DNA of 35,441 nt from Octopus sinensis (Eukaryota): assembly GCF_006345805.1 (NCBI RefSeq), contig NW_021828074.1, positions 1-35,441 on the forward strand. The letters are read 5' to 3'. Shown piece after piece: positions 1 to 11,295 of the stretch. The stretch's first letter is position 1. The number at the start of each line of letters is the position of its first letter. Made by a program: the position numbers and the translations under genes. Below the pieces are notes generated by a model that saw only the letters and a program-made list of their open reading frames with translations, was not told the DNA's origin and did not search any database.

Positions 1-4
1 CACA

Positions 5-37
<33 letters not shown>

Positions 38-136
38 ATATATCTATATTTATGTATGTATGCATACATATCTGTGTGTGTGGGGGTGTGCGTGTACATA
101 TGCATAAATGAATCTATAATAGATAGCTAGATAGAT

Positions 137-168
<32 letters not shown>

Positions 169-248
169 CATAGACAGATAGATACAGAATACACATGCCA
201 CACACAGATGCATATATTTACGTACAACACACACACACACACACATAT

Positions 249-312
249 AGGCGGTGCCCCAGCATGGCCACAGCTCGTGAGCTGAAACTAGATAAATATA
301 AAATTAAAAAAA
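249..312 (+). mobile_element. Isolated 3' tail of a CR1/L2-like LINE (stem-loop plus A-rich tail)
   Basis: AGGCGGTGCCCCAGCATGGCCACAGCTCGTGAGCTGAAACTAG is nearly identical to the 3' end of the LINE fragment at 7686-8135 and is followed by an A-rich tail. Confidence 0.7.
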
Positions 313-319
313 TAATAAT

Positions 320-401
<82 letters not shown>

Positions 402-1099
402 CATACATTCAAGTGAAATATGGCAACAGGAAGGGCACCTGGTGGTAGAAAATTTGCCTCAACAAATTCTCTCTGATCAATGCAAGCATGGAGAGGTGAA
501 CATTAAAATGATGACAATGTTGTGAAATTATACAAACGCATCGTGTAATTATATAACAGCAACAACAACGCACAACAACAACAACAGCTTCAACAACAAT
601 ACATTAATAGATGCAATTCATAGGAGGCCACATTTTAACTGCAGCAAGAAATAGGGAAATCATTTGTCTGACACAAACATTTGTTTCCGAAAGAGTGCGG
701 AAGAAACGGCGGATGTCGCTGAAATCCAATTCATGTGACTTGAAATCTGCAGTAAATTCTTGTAGATTGCAACATTTTCAGCTAATGGCATAGCCTGAAC
801 TATAAGAGGTAAAAATGAACATAAGTGAATAAAATGCTGTCTAGACTGATTATTATGTTTCTGCCTTAAGTCAAAAATGATCAATAATTTCATTGTTTTG
901 TTCGGAGTCAACATGGTAGGCTACCTTGGGCTGATTGGGCCTCTGTCCTAAAAACTGCGATATAAAGCTGCAATCTTGTAAAATTATATTAATTTTAGTC
1001 TTTTATTGGTTTCAGTGTTTAGTTGGTGACAATGTTGAGACAGTATGTTCAAGAGTTTTCCTATTTGATAATGGTATTTAGTCCAATAATGGTATTTAA

Positions 1100-1330
1100 G
1101 GCGGCGAGCTGGCAGAAACGTTAGCACGCCGGGTGAAATGCGTAGCCATATTTTGTCTGCCATTACGTTCTGAGTTCAAATTCCGCCGAGGTCGACTTTG
1201 CCTTTCATCCTTTCGGTGTCGATAAATTAAGTACCAGTTACGCACTGGGGTCGATATAATCGACTTAATCCATTTGTCTGTCCTTGTTTGTCCCCTCTGT
1301 GTTTAACCCCTTATGGGTAGTAAAGAAATA
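1100..1330 (+). mobile_element. tRNA-derived SINE, family B (GGCGGCGAGCTGGCAGAAACG head), full length
   Basis: A-box-like TGGCAGAAACGTTAG and B-box-like GAGTTCAAATTCC. Homologous copies at 5543-5783 and 24009-24425. A 16-bp TSD GGTATTTAGTCCAATA lies at 1073-1088 and 1331-1346. Confidence 0.9.
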
Positions 1331-1369
1331 GGTATTTAGTCCAATACTTGTATTGGTTTTAAATTGTGG

Positions 1370-1560
1370 CACAAGGCCAGCAATTTCGTGAGAGAGTTTA
1401 AGTCAATTACATTTACCCCCCAGAACTCAACTGGTTCTTGTTTTATCGACCCTGAAAGGATGAAAGGCAAAGTTGACCTTGGTGGAATTTGAACTCAGAA
1501 TGTAAATGCCAGTAAGCACTTTGCACAGTGTACTAACGATTCTGCTAGTACACTGCCTTA
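1370..1560 (-). mobile_element. Decayed family B-related SINE
   Basis: Contains ATCGACCCTGAAAGGATGAAAGGCAAAGTTGACCTTGGTGGAATTTGAACTCAGAA, the reverse complement of the family B central domain. Confidence 0.75.
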
Positions 1561-1928
1561 GTCTGATACTTATACAAATCTCTGTTCAATTGAGTGGTTA
1601 TGACTGCTTTGGCATAAAGGGGCACAAATCAGCAAAACTATTTTGTTTGATGCACCCAATTTCCATACACATTCACACACACACAAACACATGCATATTC
1701 ATAGTTATAAATATTACATAAATTGTTCTCACATCCATATTCATACTTCCCAGTGTATTTTGCATTATGATTTAGCTAACATTTTTTTCACCTCTATTTC
1801 ATCTATTACATAAAGCATATCAAAAGATATTATTTGGAAAGTGTATGCGTGTGTATGTTTGTTCTGTGTGTATGTGTAATACATTATATTATATATATAA
1901 GTAGGGGGAATATCTATCTATCTATATT

Positions 1929-1960
<32 letters not shown>

Positions 1961-2055
1961 GTGTGTTGTGAGTATATTATATGCACACACACATATATAC
2001 ATATATACATATATTAAACACACACACATATATATATATATACATGTATATGTTT

Positions 2056-2311
2056 GTGTTCTTGAGCAAGACACTTTATTTCACGTTGTTTCAGTTCACT
2101 CAGCTGTAGAAATGAGTTGTGACATCACTGGTGCCAAGTTGTATCAGCCTTTGCCTTTTCTTTGGATACATTGATGACGTGGAGAGGGGATGCTGGTATG
2201 TATGGGTGACTGATAGTCTTCCATAAACAACCTTGCCCCAGACTTGTGCCTTGACAGATAACATTCTAGGTTGCAATCCCTGGGTCATTCATGACTGAAG
2301 GAGGCCTTTAC
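2056..2311 (+). mobile_element. 5'-truncated SINE, family D (CORE-like TTGAGCAAGACACTT)
   Basis: GTGTTCTTGAGCAAGACACTT...CACTCAGCTG is shared with the reverse complement of 10745-11035. Confidence 0.65.
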
Positions 2312-2348
2312 TCTCGCTCTCTCTCTATATATATATATTATATACTAT

Positions 2349-2758
2349 TTACTCTCTTTACTCTTTTACTTGTTTCAGTCATTTTGACTGCGCCATGCTG
2401 GAGCAACGCCTGTAGTCGAGCAAATCAACCCCAGGACTTATTCTTTGTAAGCCCAGTACTTATTCTATCTACCGGTCTCTTTTGCCGAACCGCTAAGTGA
2501 CGGTGACGTAAACACACCAGCATCGGTTGTCAAGCAATGCTAGGGGACAAACACAGACACACAAACATATACACACACAAATATATATGCATATACACGA
2601 CAGTTTCTTTCAGTTTCCGTCTACCAAATCCCTCACAAGGCATTGGTCGGCCCGAGACTATAGCAGAAGACACTTGCCCAAGATGCCACGCAGTGGGACT
2701 GAACCCGAACCATGTGGCTGGTAAGCAAGCTACTTACCACACATCCACTCCTGTGCCT
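2349..2758 (-). mobile_element. tRNA-derived CORE-type SINE, family A (octopus OR-like), full length
   Basis: Reverse complement of the full copy at 6455-6868. Has the tRNA head, a CORE-like CTTGGGCAAGTGTCTT and a (GTAAAAGA)n tail. Confidence 0.9.
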
Positions 2759-2829
2759 ATATTATATAAAGAAGCTACGGATGTTGTCGCACAGAAATCT
2801 AGATTTACTTACGGAGACAGCACCTGAGT

Positions 2830-2949
2830 GTCATCTGAGGAGATACATATAGATCTTCTTATACAGGTACACTCGTTGCATATTTAATTTAAGCTTAACT
2901 TTAATCCTGTATATACGAGGATCTGTATGTATCCAAACATTTGTATGAT
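2830..2949 (+). ncRNA. Decayed type I hammerhead ribozyme motif with long stem II
   Basis: CTGAGGA at 2835-2841, a 14-bp stem GATACATATAGATC/GATCTGTATGTATC, then CAAAC (G12>C). Stem I is GUCAU/AUGAU and the cleavage-site nucleotide appears to be missing. Confidence 0.55.
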
Positions 2950-3016
2950 TTAAAAGCTGCCTAACCGTACTTACTCTTCCTTTTGACTCTTTTACTTTTA
3001 CTTTTTATTTTTTTTA

Positions 3017-3213
3017 TGATCGTTAGCTCCTACAAGCTTTTTTTTTCTCTCCTGTTTCTCTCCGTGTTTCTTTCTGTGTATCTTTCTGTTGAAGAGCGTA
3101 GGCCGAAACGTTAAAGACTTTTTCTATTTCTATTCCTGAGCGCCATACTAATACATTTGTTTGTTTGTACTCCCCTCCTTCGTCTTTTGTTTATTTTCGT
3201 AAACCCTCCCGTT
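3017..3213 (+). mobile_element. Penelope-like terminal-repeat (pLTR) remnant with HHR-like motif at 3081-3117
   Basis: TCTTT-CTGTTGA-A-GAGCGTAGGCC-GAAA-CGTT-AAAGA. Near-identical to 16208-16409 and ends in (TA)n. The PLE assignment is inferred from the known PLE-HHR association. Confidence 0.7.
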
Positions 3214-3391
3214 TTATATATTATATATTTATATATAATTATTTTTTTTATTATTAGGGAATAAAAATTCCGGCATCACAGGGGTTCAAATTATTCTCTA
3301 TGAGTAAATATATATGTCATTGAGAGATAGTAGTCCCCATCATCACACCATATAAAAGAATTTTAATTTAATACTTACCACTCATTTCTCT

Positions 3392-3482
3392 GCTACACAT
3401 GTTTCTTGAGGTTCTTTCAAGGTTCCTTAAGCACACAGTGTTTTACCGGAATATTCTTAGAATGTAACCCCAATCATCAGGC
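3392..3482 (-). ncRNA. Type I hammerhead motif with intact core and weak stem I
   Basis: Minus strand reads GC-CUGAUGA-UUGGGG...CCUCAA-GAAA-CAUGUG-UA-GC: 6-bp stem II, 3-bp stem III, GUA triplet, but only 2 bp of stem I. Confidence 0.6.
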
Positions 3483-3642
3483 CCCTAAATAAACCTTATC
3501 ATATTTCGATAATAAATACTCTATTTTAATTTTAACAGATAAGTATTTTGTATGTTAAATAGATCGCCAGACCTACCATGAAAGCCATAATGTAATTCAA
3601 ATAAAATTAATAAAAATAAAAACATGAAAAAATAAAAATTAA

Positions 3643-3847
3643 GGAAAGAAAAATAGATATGAGATATGTTGGGATATTGAATTTGTAGATCCATTTTTAG
3701 GCAGAATGGTATATATGTAAGATTCCAATACCTTACAGTGTTGGATTTTACTCATAAGGATTGGAATCTTACACTATACACCATTCTGCCTAAAAAATGG
3801 ATCTGCAAATTCAATATCCCTACATATCTCATATCTATTTTCTTTCC
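3643..3847. repeat. Long inverted repeat (about 93-bp arms, 19-bp spacer)
   Basis: 3643-3735 is the reverse complement of 3755-3847 with a few substitutions and 1-nt indels. Confidence 0.9.
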
Positions 3848-4032
3848 TCCACCTCACTCTCTATTTTGTATCCTATCTAAATTAACTATTATTAACCCAT
3901 CCTCTCACACCATCTCCGATGAAGGGAAGTAATTAATTAATATTTTAGAAACAGCTGTAAGACCGTCTCTCTATAAATGTTCTAATATCTCCACAGCCTT
4001 GTTTTTTTATCTCATTACGCAAAAAATTCTCA
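3755..4032 (+). mobile_element. PLE-like pLTR remnant with decayed HHR (3913-3962), preceded by an inverted partial copy
   Basis: TCT-CCGATGA-A-GGGAA...-GAAA-CAGCTG-TA-AGA carries the same palindromic ACAGCTGT stem III as 27536-27662. Ends in (TA)n. Confidence 0.6.
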
Positions 4033-4080
4033 TATATATATATATATATATATAGATACATTTATATTTTTTATATATCT

Positions 4081-4120
<40 letters not shown>

Positions 4121-4362
4121 TATATATATATATGTATCTATATCTACTATCTATCTATCTATATATATATATCTATATATTTATAATATATATATAATAT
4201 ATATATATATATAGATATATATATAGATATATAGATATATATATATACATATATATATACACACATAATAACACTATATATGCATACATATACTTATACA
4301 TATCTATATATATATACATATGTGTTGTATATATATAAATATATACATACATACACACATAC

Positions 4363-4397
<35 letters not shown>

Positions 4398-4400
4398 TCA
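4033..4400. repeat. Compound (TA)n/(TG)n/(CA)n microsatellite block
   Basis: Read directly from the sequence. Confidence 0.95.
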
Positions 4401-5048
4401 CACATTTCAGCACGACAGGCTTCTGGCAAGTAAATTCCACTCACAATGCATTTATTCAACTTGAAGCTATCGTTGAAGACACTGAGTCTAATTTAGAATA
4501 GATGAAATATCAAATAATTTGATTCTCATATGTTTCTAAGCTCGTTAAAAAAATATTTCTTAGTCGATAAATTACTTGATGTGCATAAATATTGTGTTTG
4601 TTCCTTTGAAAATGCTTGCAACGTTTATCATTAAGGATACAGAAAGCAGTTAAGTTAGTTGTAATGTTGGTTCAAATACATTTGAAATTTCAAGACTTAA
4701 TTATTTGATGGAAATAGTTATATTCTACAATATATTAGTCATCAGACCACGGCCATGCTGGGGTACTGTTTTGAAATATTTAGGCAAACAAATTGACCCT
4801 AAATACTTATGTCTTTTAAGCTTGATACTTAATCTGCTGGTCTCTTTTGCTGAACTGCTAAGTTATAGTGACATAAACAAACCAACATCTGCTGGCAAGG
4901 GGTATAGTTAACAAACACAAATACACAGAGATTTACATATATATGTATATAAAAAACATACATACAGAAATATATACATATATATACACATACATATATA
5001 TACTATACATATAGAAATATATATACATATATACATATACATATACAT

Positions 5049-5087
<39 letters not shown>

Positions 5088-5125
5088 ATGGTATATATAC
5101 ATATATATATATATATGTACCATTA

Positions 5126-5300
5126 TAGATCACAGCCACTAAGCCATTTTTATTTCCTCCCATTTATTCTGTGTCCTTTCTGTCGAAGAGCGTAGGCTCG
5201 AAACATAAAAGACTTTCTCACTTCCTGAGCATTAAACTAATACATCTGTTTTTGTGTTACACACCTGTCTTCGTCTTTTGTTTTTTGTAAATTCTCACTA
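5126..5300 (+). mobile_element. PLE-like pLTR remnant with HHR-like motif at 5176-5211
   Basis: CTTT-CTGTCGA-A-GAGC-GTAG-GCTC-GAAA-CAT-A-AAAG. Homologous to 12301-12483 and flanked by (TA)n. Confidence 0.7.
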
Positions 5301-5339
5301 TACATATTATATATATATATATATATTATATTATAAAAG

Positions 5340-5498
5340 AGACTTCTTTCAGTTTCCATCTACCAAATCCACTCACAAGGCTTTGGTCAGGCTCAAAGTT
5401 ATAGTAGAAACTTTGGCAAGGTGTCACATAGTGGGACTGATTTCAAGATCACATGCATGGGAAGCAACTTTCTTAGGCACATGGCCATGTCTGTACCT
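5340..5498 (-). mobile_element. Decayed family A SINE, 5' half
   Basis: TTCTTTCAGTTTCCATCTACCAAATCCACTCACAAGGCTTTGG matches family A. Confidence 0.8.
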
Positions 5499-5542
5499 AT
5501 GAGCCTCACCTGATACAAGTTTCTTCCACCTAATCTGCAAGA

Positions 5543-5783
5543 ATACCTATTTCTTTATTACCCACAAGGGGCTAAATACAGAGGGAACAAAAAAAGGACA
5601 GACGAAGGGATTAAGTCGATTACATCGACCCAAGTGCGTAACTGCTACTTAATTTATTAACCCCAAAAGGATGAAAGGCAAAGTCGACCTCAGCGGAATT
5701 TGAACTCAGAACGTAAGAGCAGACAAAATACAGCTACGCATTTTGCCCAGTCTGCTAACGTTTCTGCTGCCAGCTCACCGCCT
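5543..5783 (-). mobile_element. tRNA-derived SINE, family B, full length
   Basis: Reverse complement of 1100-1330, with TSD-like GCAAGAATA on both sides. Confidence 0.9.
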
Positions 5784-5854
5784 TAGCCAGCTCGCCGCAA
5801 GAATATCATTCTGCAAGAATATCATTCTACGAAGAGTGATGCTATTATTGTTAT

Positions 5855-5960
5855 TCCTCCTCTTCCTCCTCCTTCTCCTCCTCCTCCTCCTCCTTCTTCT
5901 CTTCTTCTTCTTCTTCTTCTTCTTTTTCTGCTACTGCTGCTGCTGCTGCTGTTGCTACTC
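5855..5960. repeat. Compound (CTC)n(CTT)n(CTG)n microsatellite
   Basis: Read directly from the sequence. Confidence 0.9.
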
Positions 5961-6454
5961 CAATTGCTGTATTCGTTGTTTCTGTTGACTACCCTAAGAT
6001 CAACTCTGGTGCACAAAGCAGTGTGTTTTGGATATTGGCACCGTATGATAGTGATTACTCTCTGTGAATTGTACAAGTAGGACAATTATCTTGTTTTACC
6101 TTTTCCTTTTCCTTTTTTATGATGTGTTATTGAATACACCGAACAAACATTAAGCAAATGTTTTAACAACCTCTCTAAAGACCGAAAGAAGTACTATCCA
6201 TCCAACTGATTCCAGTTCTATTTGGGGCTTTCTTCAAAAACTGTGCACCTGCCTACAATCTGGGAACAAATCACAACAAATGATCGCTTCACTAAATCAG
6301 GAAATCAAAGTCAATAATCACTTCATTGAACTGGATTTCCTTGTTGTCATTCTTCAAAACTACAATTTAAATTTAACTCAATTTTCTAATATTTCTATAT
6401 TTCTATACTGGATATCTAAAATATTCCAGTCATATGATGTGAACATATATTTCA

Positions 6455-6868
6455 GGGCGCAGGAGTGGCTGTGTGGTAAGTAGCTTGCTAACCAACCACA
6501 TGGTTCCGGGTTCAGTCCCACTGCGTGGCATCTTGGGCAAGTCTCTTCTGCTATAGCCTCGGGCCGACCAAAGCCTTGTGAGTGGATTTGGTAGACGGAA
6601 ACTGAAAGAAGCCTGTCATATATATGTATATATATATATATGTGTGTGTGTATGTTTGTGTGTGTGTGTTTGTCCCCCTAGCATTGCTTGACAACCGATG
6701 CTGGTGTATTTATGTCCCTGTTACTTAGCGGTTCGGCAAAAGAGACCGATAGAATAAGTACTGGGCTTACAAAGAATAAGTCCCGGGGTCGATTTGCTCG
6801 ACTAAAGGCGGTGCTCCAGCATGGCCGCAGTCAAATGACTGAAACAAGTAAAAGAGTAAAAGGGAGTA
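6455..6868 (+). mobile_element. tRNA-derived CORE-type SINE, family A, full length
   Basis: A-box-like TGGCTGTGTGGT, B-box-like GGGTTCAGTCCC, CORE-like TTGGGCAAGT, an internal TA/TG microsatellite, the CAGTC-AAAT-GACTG hairpin and a GTAAAAGA tail. Confidence 0.92.
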
Positions 6869-7130
6869 TATGATGTGATAATCTACTATGTAAAGCAAGG
6901 AACATCACCTAACCTATCCACAAAGCCTGCGCTTGTATTCACCTTCCTGTAACTGGGGTTACATCCTGACATGCCTTCACCATCATCTCAATTTTCCAAC
7001 AGGGCTAACCATGTATCTTTCCTACAGCAAAACACCTTTTTCCATCCCTCTGTCATACTTTTGTATCCCATCATCTGGCATAAAAACCCACCTTCCACAA
7101 CACTTCTCCCATCTCAGTTGCAGGAGTGGG

Positions 7131-7258
7131 GGGGGGCTTGTCTTGCAAGTTACATGGTGACCTCACTGGTGCTGGTGCTACACAAAACTACCCAGAACAT
7201 TCTGTGGGGCAGTTGGTGTTAGGAAGGGCATCCAGCCATCAAAACCCTGCCAAAGCAG
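7131..7258 (+). mobile_element. Decayed copy of the family C retroposon (GGAAGGGCATCCAGC motif)
   Basis: GTTGGTGTTAGGAAGGGCATCCAGCCATCAAAACCCTGCCAAA resembles 33546-33590. Confidence 0.6.
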
Positions 7259-7685
7259 ATACTTTAACTTGATGCAGTTTCCTAGCTTACCAGCTCTTCT
7301 CAAATTGCCCGACATAGATAACATGTTGAATAATGTTGAACTGACATGTTTGTTTTGTTGTGGCTTGAACTTTTTAGTGCAAGCAAACTGCCCACTGAGA
7401 AATTTATTCAAAAATTTAGACACTATGAAGCCAAATGCACAAATATGTGTATATAAATATAAACAAACTAACATTTGTTTTGTTTTTTTGTAAGCATTGA
7501 AATGTGTATTATATGATACAAATGAGAAAATAATTTTCTTTGAATGCAGAAATGTTGTTAGAATTGCTGAAATATTGGGTAAATTATCTAAATTATTATC
7601 ATCTTATTTGTAGCATACAATACACATTTCAACACTTATAAACAGTATAAAACATATGTTAGTTTGGATATATATATATATATAT

Positions 7686-8135
7686 ATTTTTTTTTCTAGT
7701 TTCAGCTCAGAGCTGCGGCCATGCTGATGCACCGCCGTTTTGTGCTACACAGTTATTACGACGAACCTCGTCTAATATGTGGCACTTGGTGAAGAATGGA
7801 GTTTGATACAGCTACCTCAATTGCACCTCTTGCCGTGAGGTAGGTTCATCTGGGACTCTCGACAGGAAGATGTCCAGCTTTGATTTAAAAACCGCTACAT
7901 CTACTTTGTGCAAGTTCCCAGACTCTTTGGAGAATATTAAAAAGCTGTGGGCCCTTGAAACCCAGGCTATTGCAGAAACTTGGGTCCTGAATCGTGATGG
8001 CATTGCTGGGATCTCTGGCACTATGCAGTGACGTCCCGTTCTAGCATTGGTGTAGCTTACAATGCCAAAATTTGGCACAATTCCTTCCAGGATCTTCCAG
8101 TCATATATTCTGCAATACCTCTCCCGTTTCTCTCC
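7686..8135 (-). mobile_element. 5'-truncated CR1/L2-like LINE: ORF2 C-terminus, 3' UTR and poly(A), inserted in (TA)n
   Basis: Minus ORF reads EKRERYCRIYDWKILEGIVPN...RTGRHC...FKSKLDIFLSRVPDEP, which resembles the post-RT C-terminus of CR1/L2-group ORF2 as I recall it. It ends in a stem-loop and an A-run, with (TA)n on both flanks. Confidence 0.8.
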
Positions 8136-8430
8136 ATATATATATATATATATATTACACATCAACTTAACTTGTTCTAAATATTACAAATTGCAATTAT
8201 CATCATGAGAAATTATCTCTAGAAGATATTAAGCACAGATTATATTGGCAGACGAAATTCTTCAGCACCAGTGGACAGGACAGTTATGACTTTAGTGTAA
8301 TTTGCACCTTCTTGGTAACAGTACCATACTAGTGAATGCCAGACTGAAATTCACCAAACATAATATAGTTAAATATTGACTAAACAGTCTGTGAAGTCAC
8401 AAAAAAACTGGCAGGTTATGTATTAACTAG

Positions 8431-8472
<42 letters not shown>

Positions 8473-9620
8473 CTATCTTCTATCTATATTATATATATAT
8501 CAATCTCTCTATATATATATATATTTATATTATATACATACATATATACTACATATATATATATATATATATAATATATATAGATATATATATATATTAT
8601 TATATATGTAGGTATGTATGTATGTATATATGCACGCTCAAACACACACATATTTAGACACATACACACATACATATGAATGTATATATATATTATATAC
8701 ATAAATATACACGCACAGAGACACACCCACACTGTGCACGTGTGCACACACACACACACACACACACATGCACACACCTTTAAATGGCAGTTTCCAACCA
8801 CCGAATTCCATTCACAAATTGCCAATTAACTCAAAGCTATGTGAGAAGATAGATTCTCTGAGCAGTTTACATTGACTCCAGGCCCATGATATTGTGATGT
8901 AAAATTCCCAACCACACAGCCATGCAGGCACCCTACAACTCACTAATACTTTCAATAGGGTTTTACAACATTACTTTAACTTCTTTTCCACGCTCCAGTG
9001 ACTTTGGAAGTAGATTTGTGGTAACTAATTTAGACAGTTCGTACAGAGAAGGTATAATCTTTAAGCAGCCAGTGATTTTATAAATTTCTTTCAGTAGTTT
9101 TACTATCTTTAGCTACTGGCTTTATCCACAATATAAGTCTCAATGCTATTTTGCTTTGTTTTTATTTTTTTCCTTTTTATTTTTTTTCATTGAAACTGAT
9201 CAATAAAATTTTGTGATATTTAATAATGGATTCTTAAGGAAAAAGTAACCAGCTTTTTGGTGACTTTGATTTTTAAATAGTATAAATCTTTGAAATAACA
9301 TTTGGAAGAGTGTCAGTGCAGAATTTATTTAAGTATTTTGGGTGGTTGTTGTTCTTGTTTAGCATGCGTTGTTTCCAGATTTATTTTCTATAATTATCCG
9401 AAATCTTCGAGGTGAACATTCTTCCGACTTATAGTTTATCTTTGTATATTCAACTCTGTGAGAAAGAACTTTAAATAAAACTTTATAAATACCAGAATAT
9501 TCAATGAAGAATCTCAGGCTTGAAGATTCAGTCCCTATCTTCTACCAAAGCAATCTACGACTTCAGTTTTATCCTTATTTTCTACACTCTCAGATAGAAA
9601 ATCAAAGGAAAGAAATACTA

Positions 9621-9907
9621 GGATCTTTTCTAAAAGATAGACAGAATTCTACTTAACTAAATAATTTGAAACTTCGTATACTGGTAGAATGTGTCAAAAG
9701 AAAACATTAATTTCAATTAATTTAGCTCAAATGCTGGGATTTCATTGGTTAAAATTCAAAGAATTAAACTACGTAAAAGTTACAAAATACAATTTTCTCA
9801 ATCAAACTAATTGAAATTAATGTTTTCTTTTGACAAATTCTACCAGTATACGAAGTTTCAAATTATTTAGTTAAGTAGAAATTCTGTCCATCTTTTAGAA
9901 AAGATCC
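9621..9907. repeat. Long inverted repeat (about 99-bp arms, 88-bp spacer)
   Basis: 9621-9719 matches the reverse complement of 9808-9907 with 2 substitutions and 1 indel, read by eye. Confidence 0.92.
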
Positions 9908-10239
9908 AAATACTATATTCTACACTCCTCATGGCAAATATACTTTATCATTCTTCTAATTTTCTTTTCATTGTCTTACTTTTCCAGATACAGATAACCT
10001 CCGGTATTCTTGGATTTTTAATTTTACCCAATTTTAATATTATATTAATGATGAGATATTCAAATGAAGTAAAATTTTATTGCAAAATTTGTCATTTTTT
10101 TATACAGGTACAGTGTTTGGTAATTTGGCAAAGAGTTTGCAAAACTTTGGGTAACTTGCTATTGTGTGTATGTATATATATTTATAGATATGTGATTATC
10201 TATGCTGGATATACAGGATGGACAATTCATTTATTTTTC

Positions 10240-10450
10240 ATCTTTTATTTGTGTCAGTCATTGGACTGCAACCATACTGGGGCACCACCACGATGGGATT
10301 TAGCTGAACAGATCAATCCAAGTAAATATTTTCAAGTTTGGTATTTTTTCTATCGGTCAATTTTTGCTGTGCTGCTGAGGTACTGGAGTATAAACAAAGC
10401 AACACCAGTTGTGAAGTGGTTGGGAATGGAAAAGACAAAACACAGACACA
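10240..10450 (-). mobile_element. Decayed family A SINE, 3' half
   Basis: Degenerate match to CAGTCATTTGACTGC...ATGCTGGAGCACC...ACAAACACAGACAC. Confidence 0.7.
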
Positions 10451-10490
10451 AAGCCACACATAGTCTAATAGTTTAGTTGAACAGACAAAT

Positions 10491-10709
10491 TGTCCCCCCA
10501 ACATCGCTTGACAACCGATGCTGGTGTGTTTACATCCCCTGTAACTTAGCAGTTCGGCAAAAGAGACCGATAGAATAAGTACTAGGCTTACAAAGCCTAG
10601 GCTTACAAAGAATAAGTCCCGGGGTCGATTTGCTCGACTAAAAGGTGGTGCTCCAGCATGGCCACAGTCAAATGACTGAAACAAGTAAAAGAGTAAAAGT
10701 GTAAAAGAG
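10491..10709 (+). mobile_element. Family A SINE, 3' half, with an internal duplication of CTAGGCTTACAAAG
   Basis: Close match to 6670-6862. Confidence 0.9.
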
Positions 10710-10744
10710 AGAATTAGTATTTCGGTAAGTCAGCCTTGAAATTA

Positions 10745-11035
10745 TATAACTGGCACTCCATCAGTTGCAATGATGAGGGTTCCAGTTGATCCGATCAAAG
10801 GAATAGTCTGCTCATGAAATTAACATGCATGTGGCTGAGCACTGCACAGATACATGTAGCCTTAATGTAGTTCTCAGGGAGATTCAGTGTGACACAGAGT
10901 ATGATGACAAAGCTGGCCCTTTGAAATACAAGCACTACTCATTTTCGACAGCTGAGTGGACTGGAGCAACGCGAAAACAAAGTGTCTTGCTCAAGGACAC
11001 AATGTGTTGCTGGGAATTGAACCTTCATCTTTACG
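10745..11035 (-). mobile_element. tRNA-derived SINE, family D-related
   Basis: Minus strand has GGTTCAATTCCCAG (B-box-like) followed by GTGTCCTTGAGCAAGACACTT...TCCAGTCCACTCAGCTG. Confidence 0.7.
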
Positions 11036-11295
11036 ATAAAATTATATGGTAGATATATATATATATATATATACTAACAGTCTGATTTAGCCAAACCATG
11101 GGGCAGTTGAGTAGCCATTACTGACAAGCCTACAACTGATAGGGGAAACTAGTCTGGCCTAGTGATCTCAAGAGCTGTTCATGAGATTATTATCTCCCTT
11201 CCCCTTTCAGTGTCTGTATATATTTGTGTGTACGTATATGTATATATATTTGTGTGTGTGTGTGTGTGTGGATGTGGATGTATATATATATATAC

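Noticed and set aside
6455-6530. tRNA genes at SINE heads (also 1100, 17650, 24350, 34430)
   Set aside because: A- and B-box-like motifs are present, but there is no full cloverleaf and each continues into a SINE body.
7812-8165. 117-aa ORF as a host gene
   Set aside because: Its start lies in (TA)n, and the rest is a truncated, frameshifted LINE ORF2 C-terminus.
9931-10476. 181-aa plus-strand ORF
   Set aside because: It runs through T-rich intron-like sequence, a TA/TG microsatellite and an antisense SINE, with biased composition and no domain.
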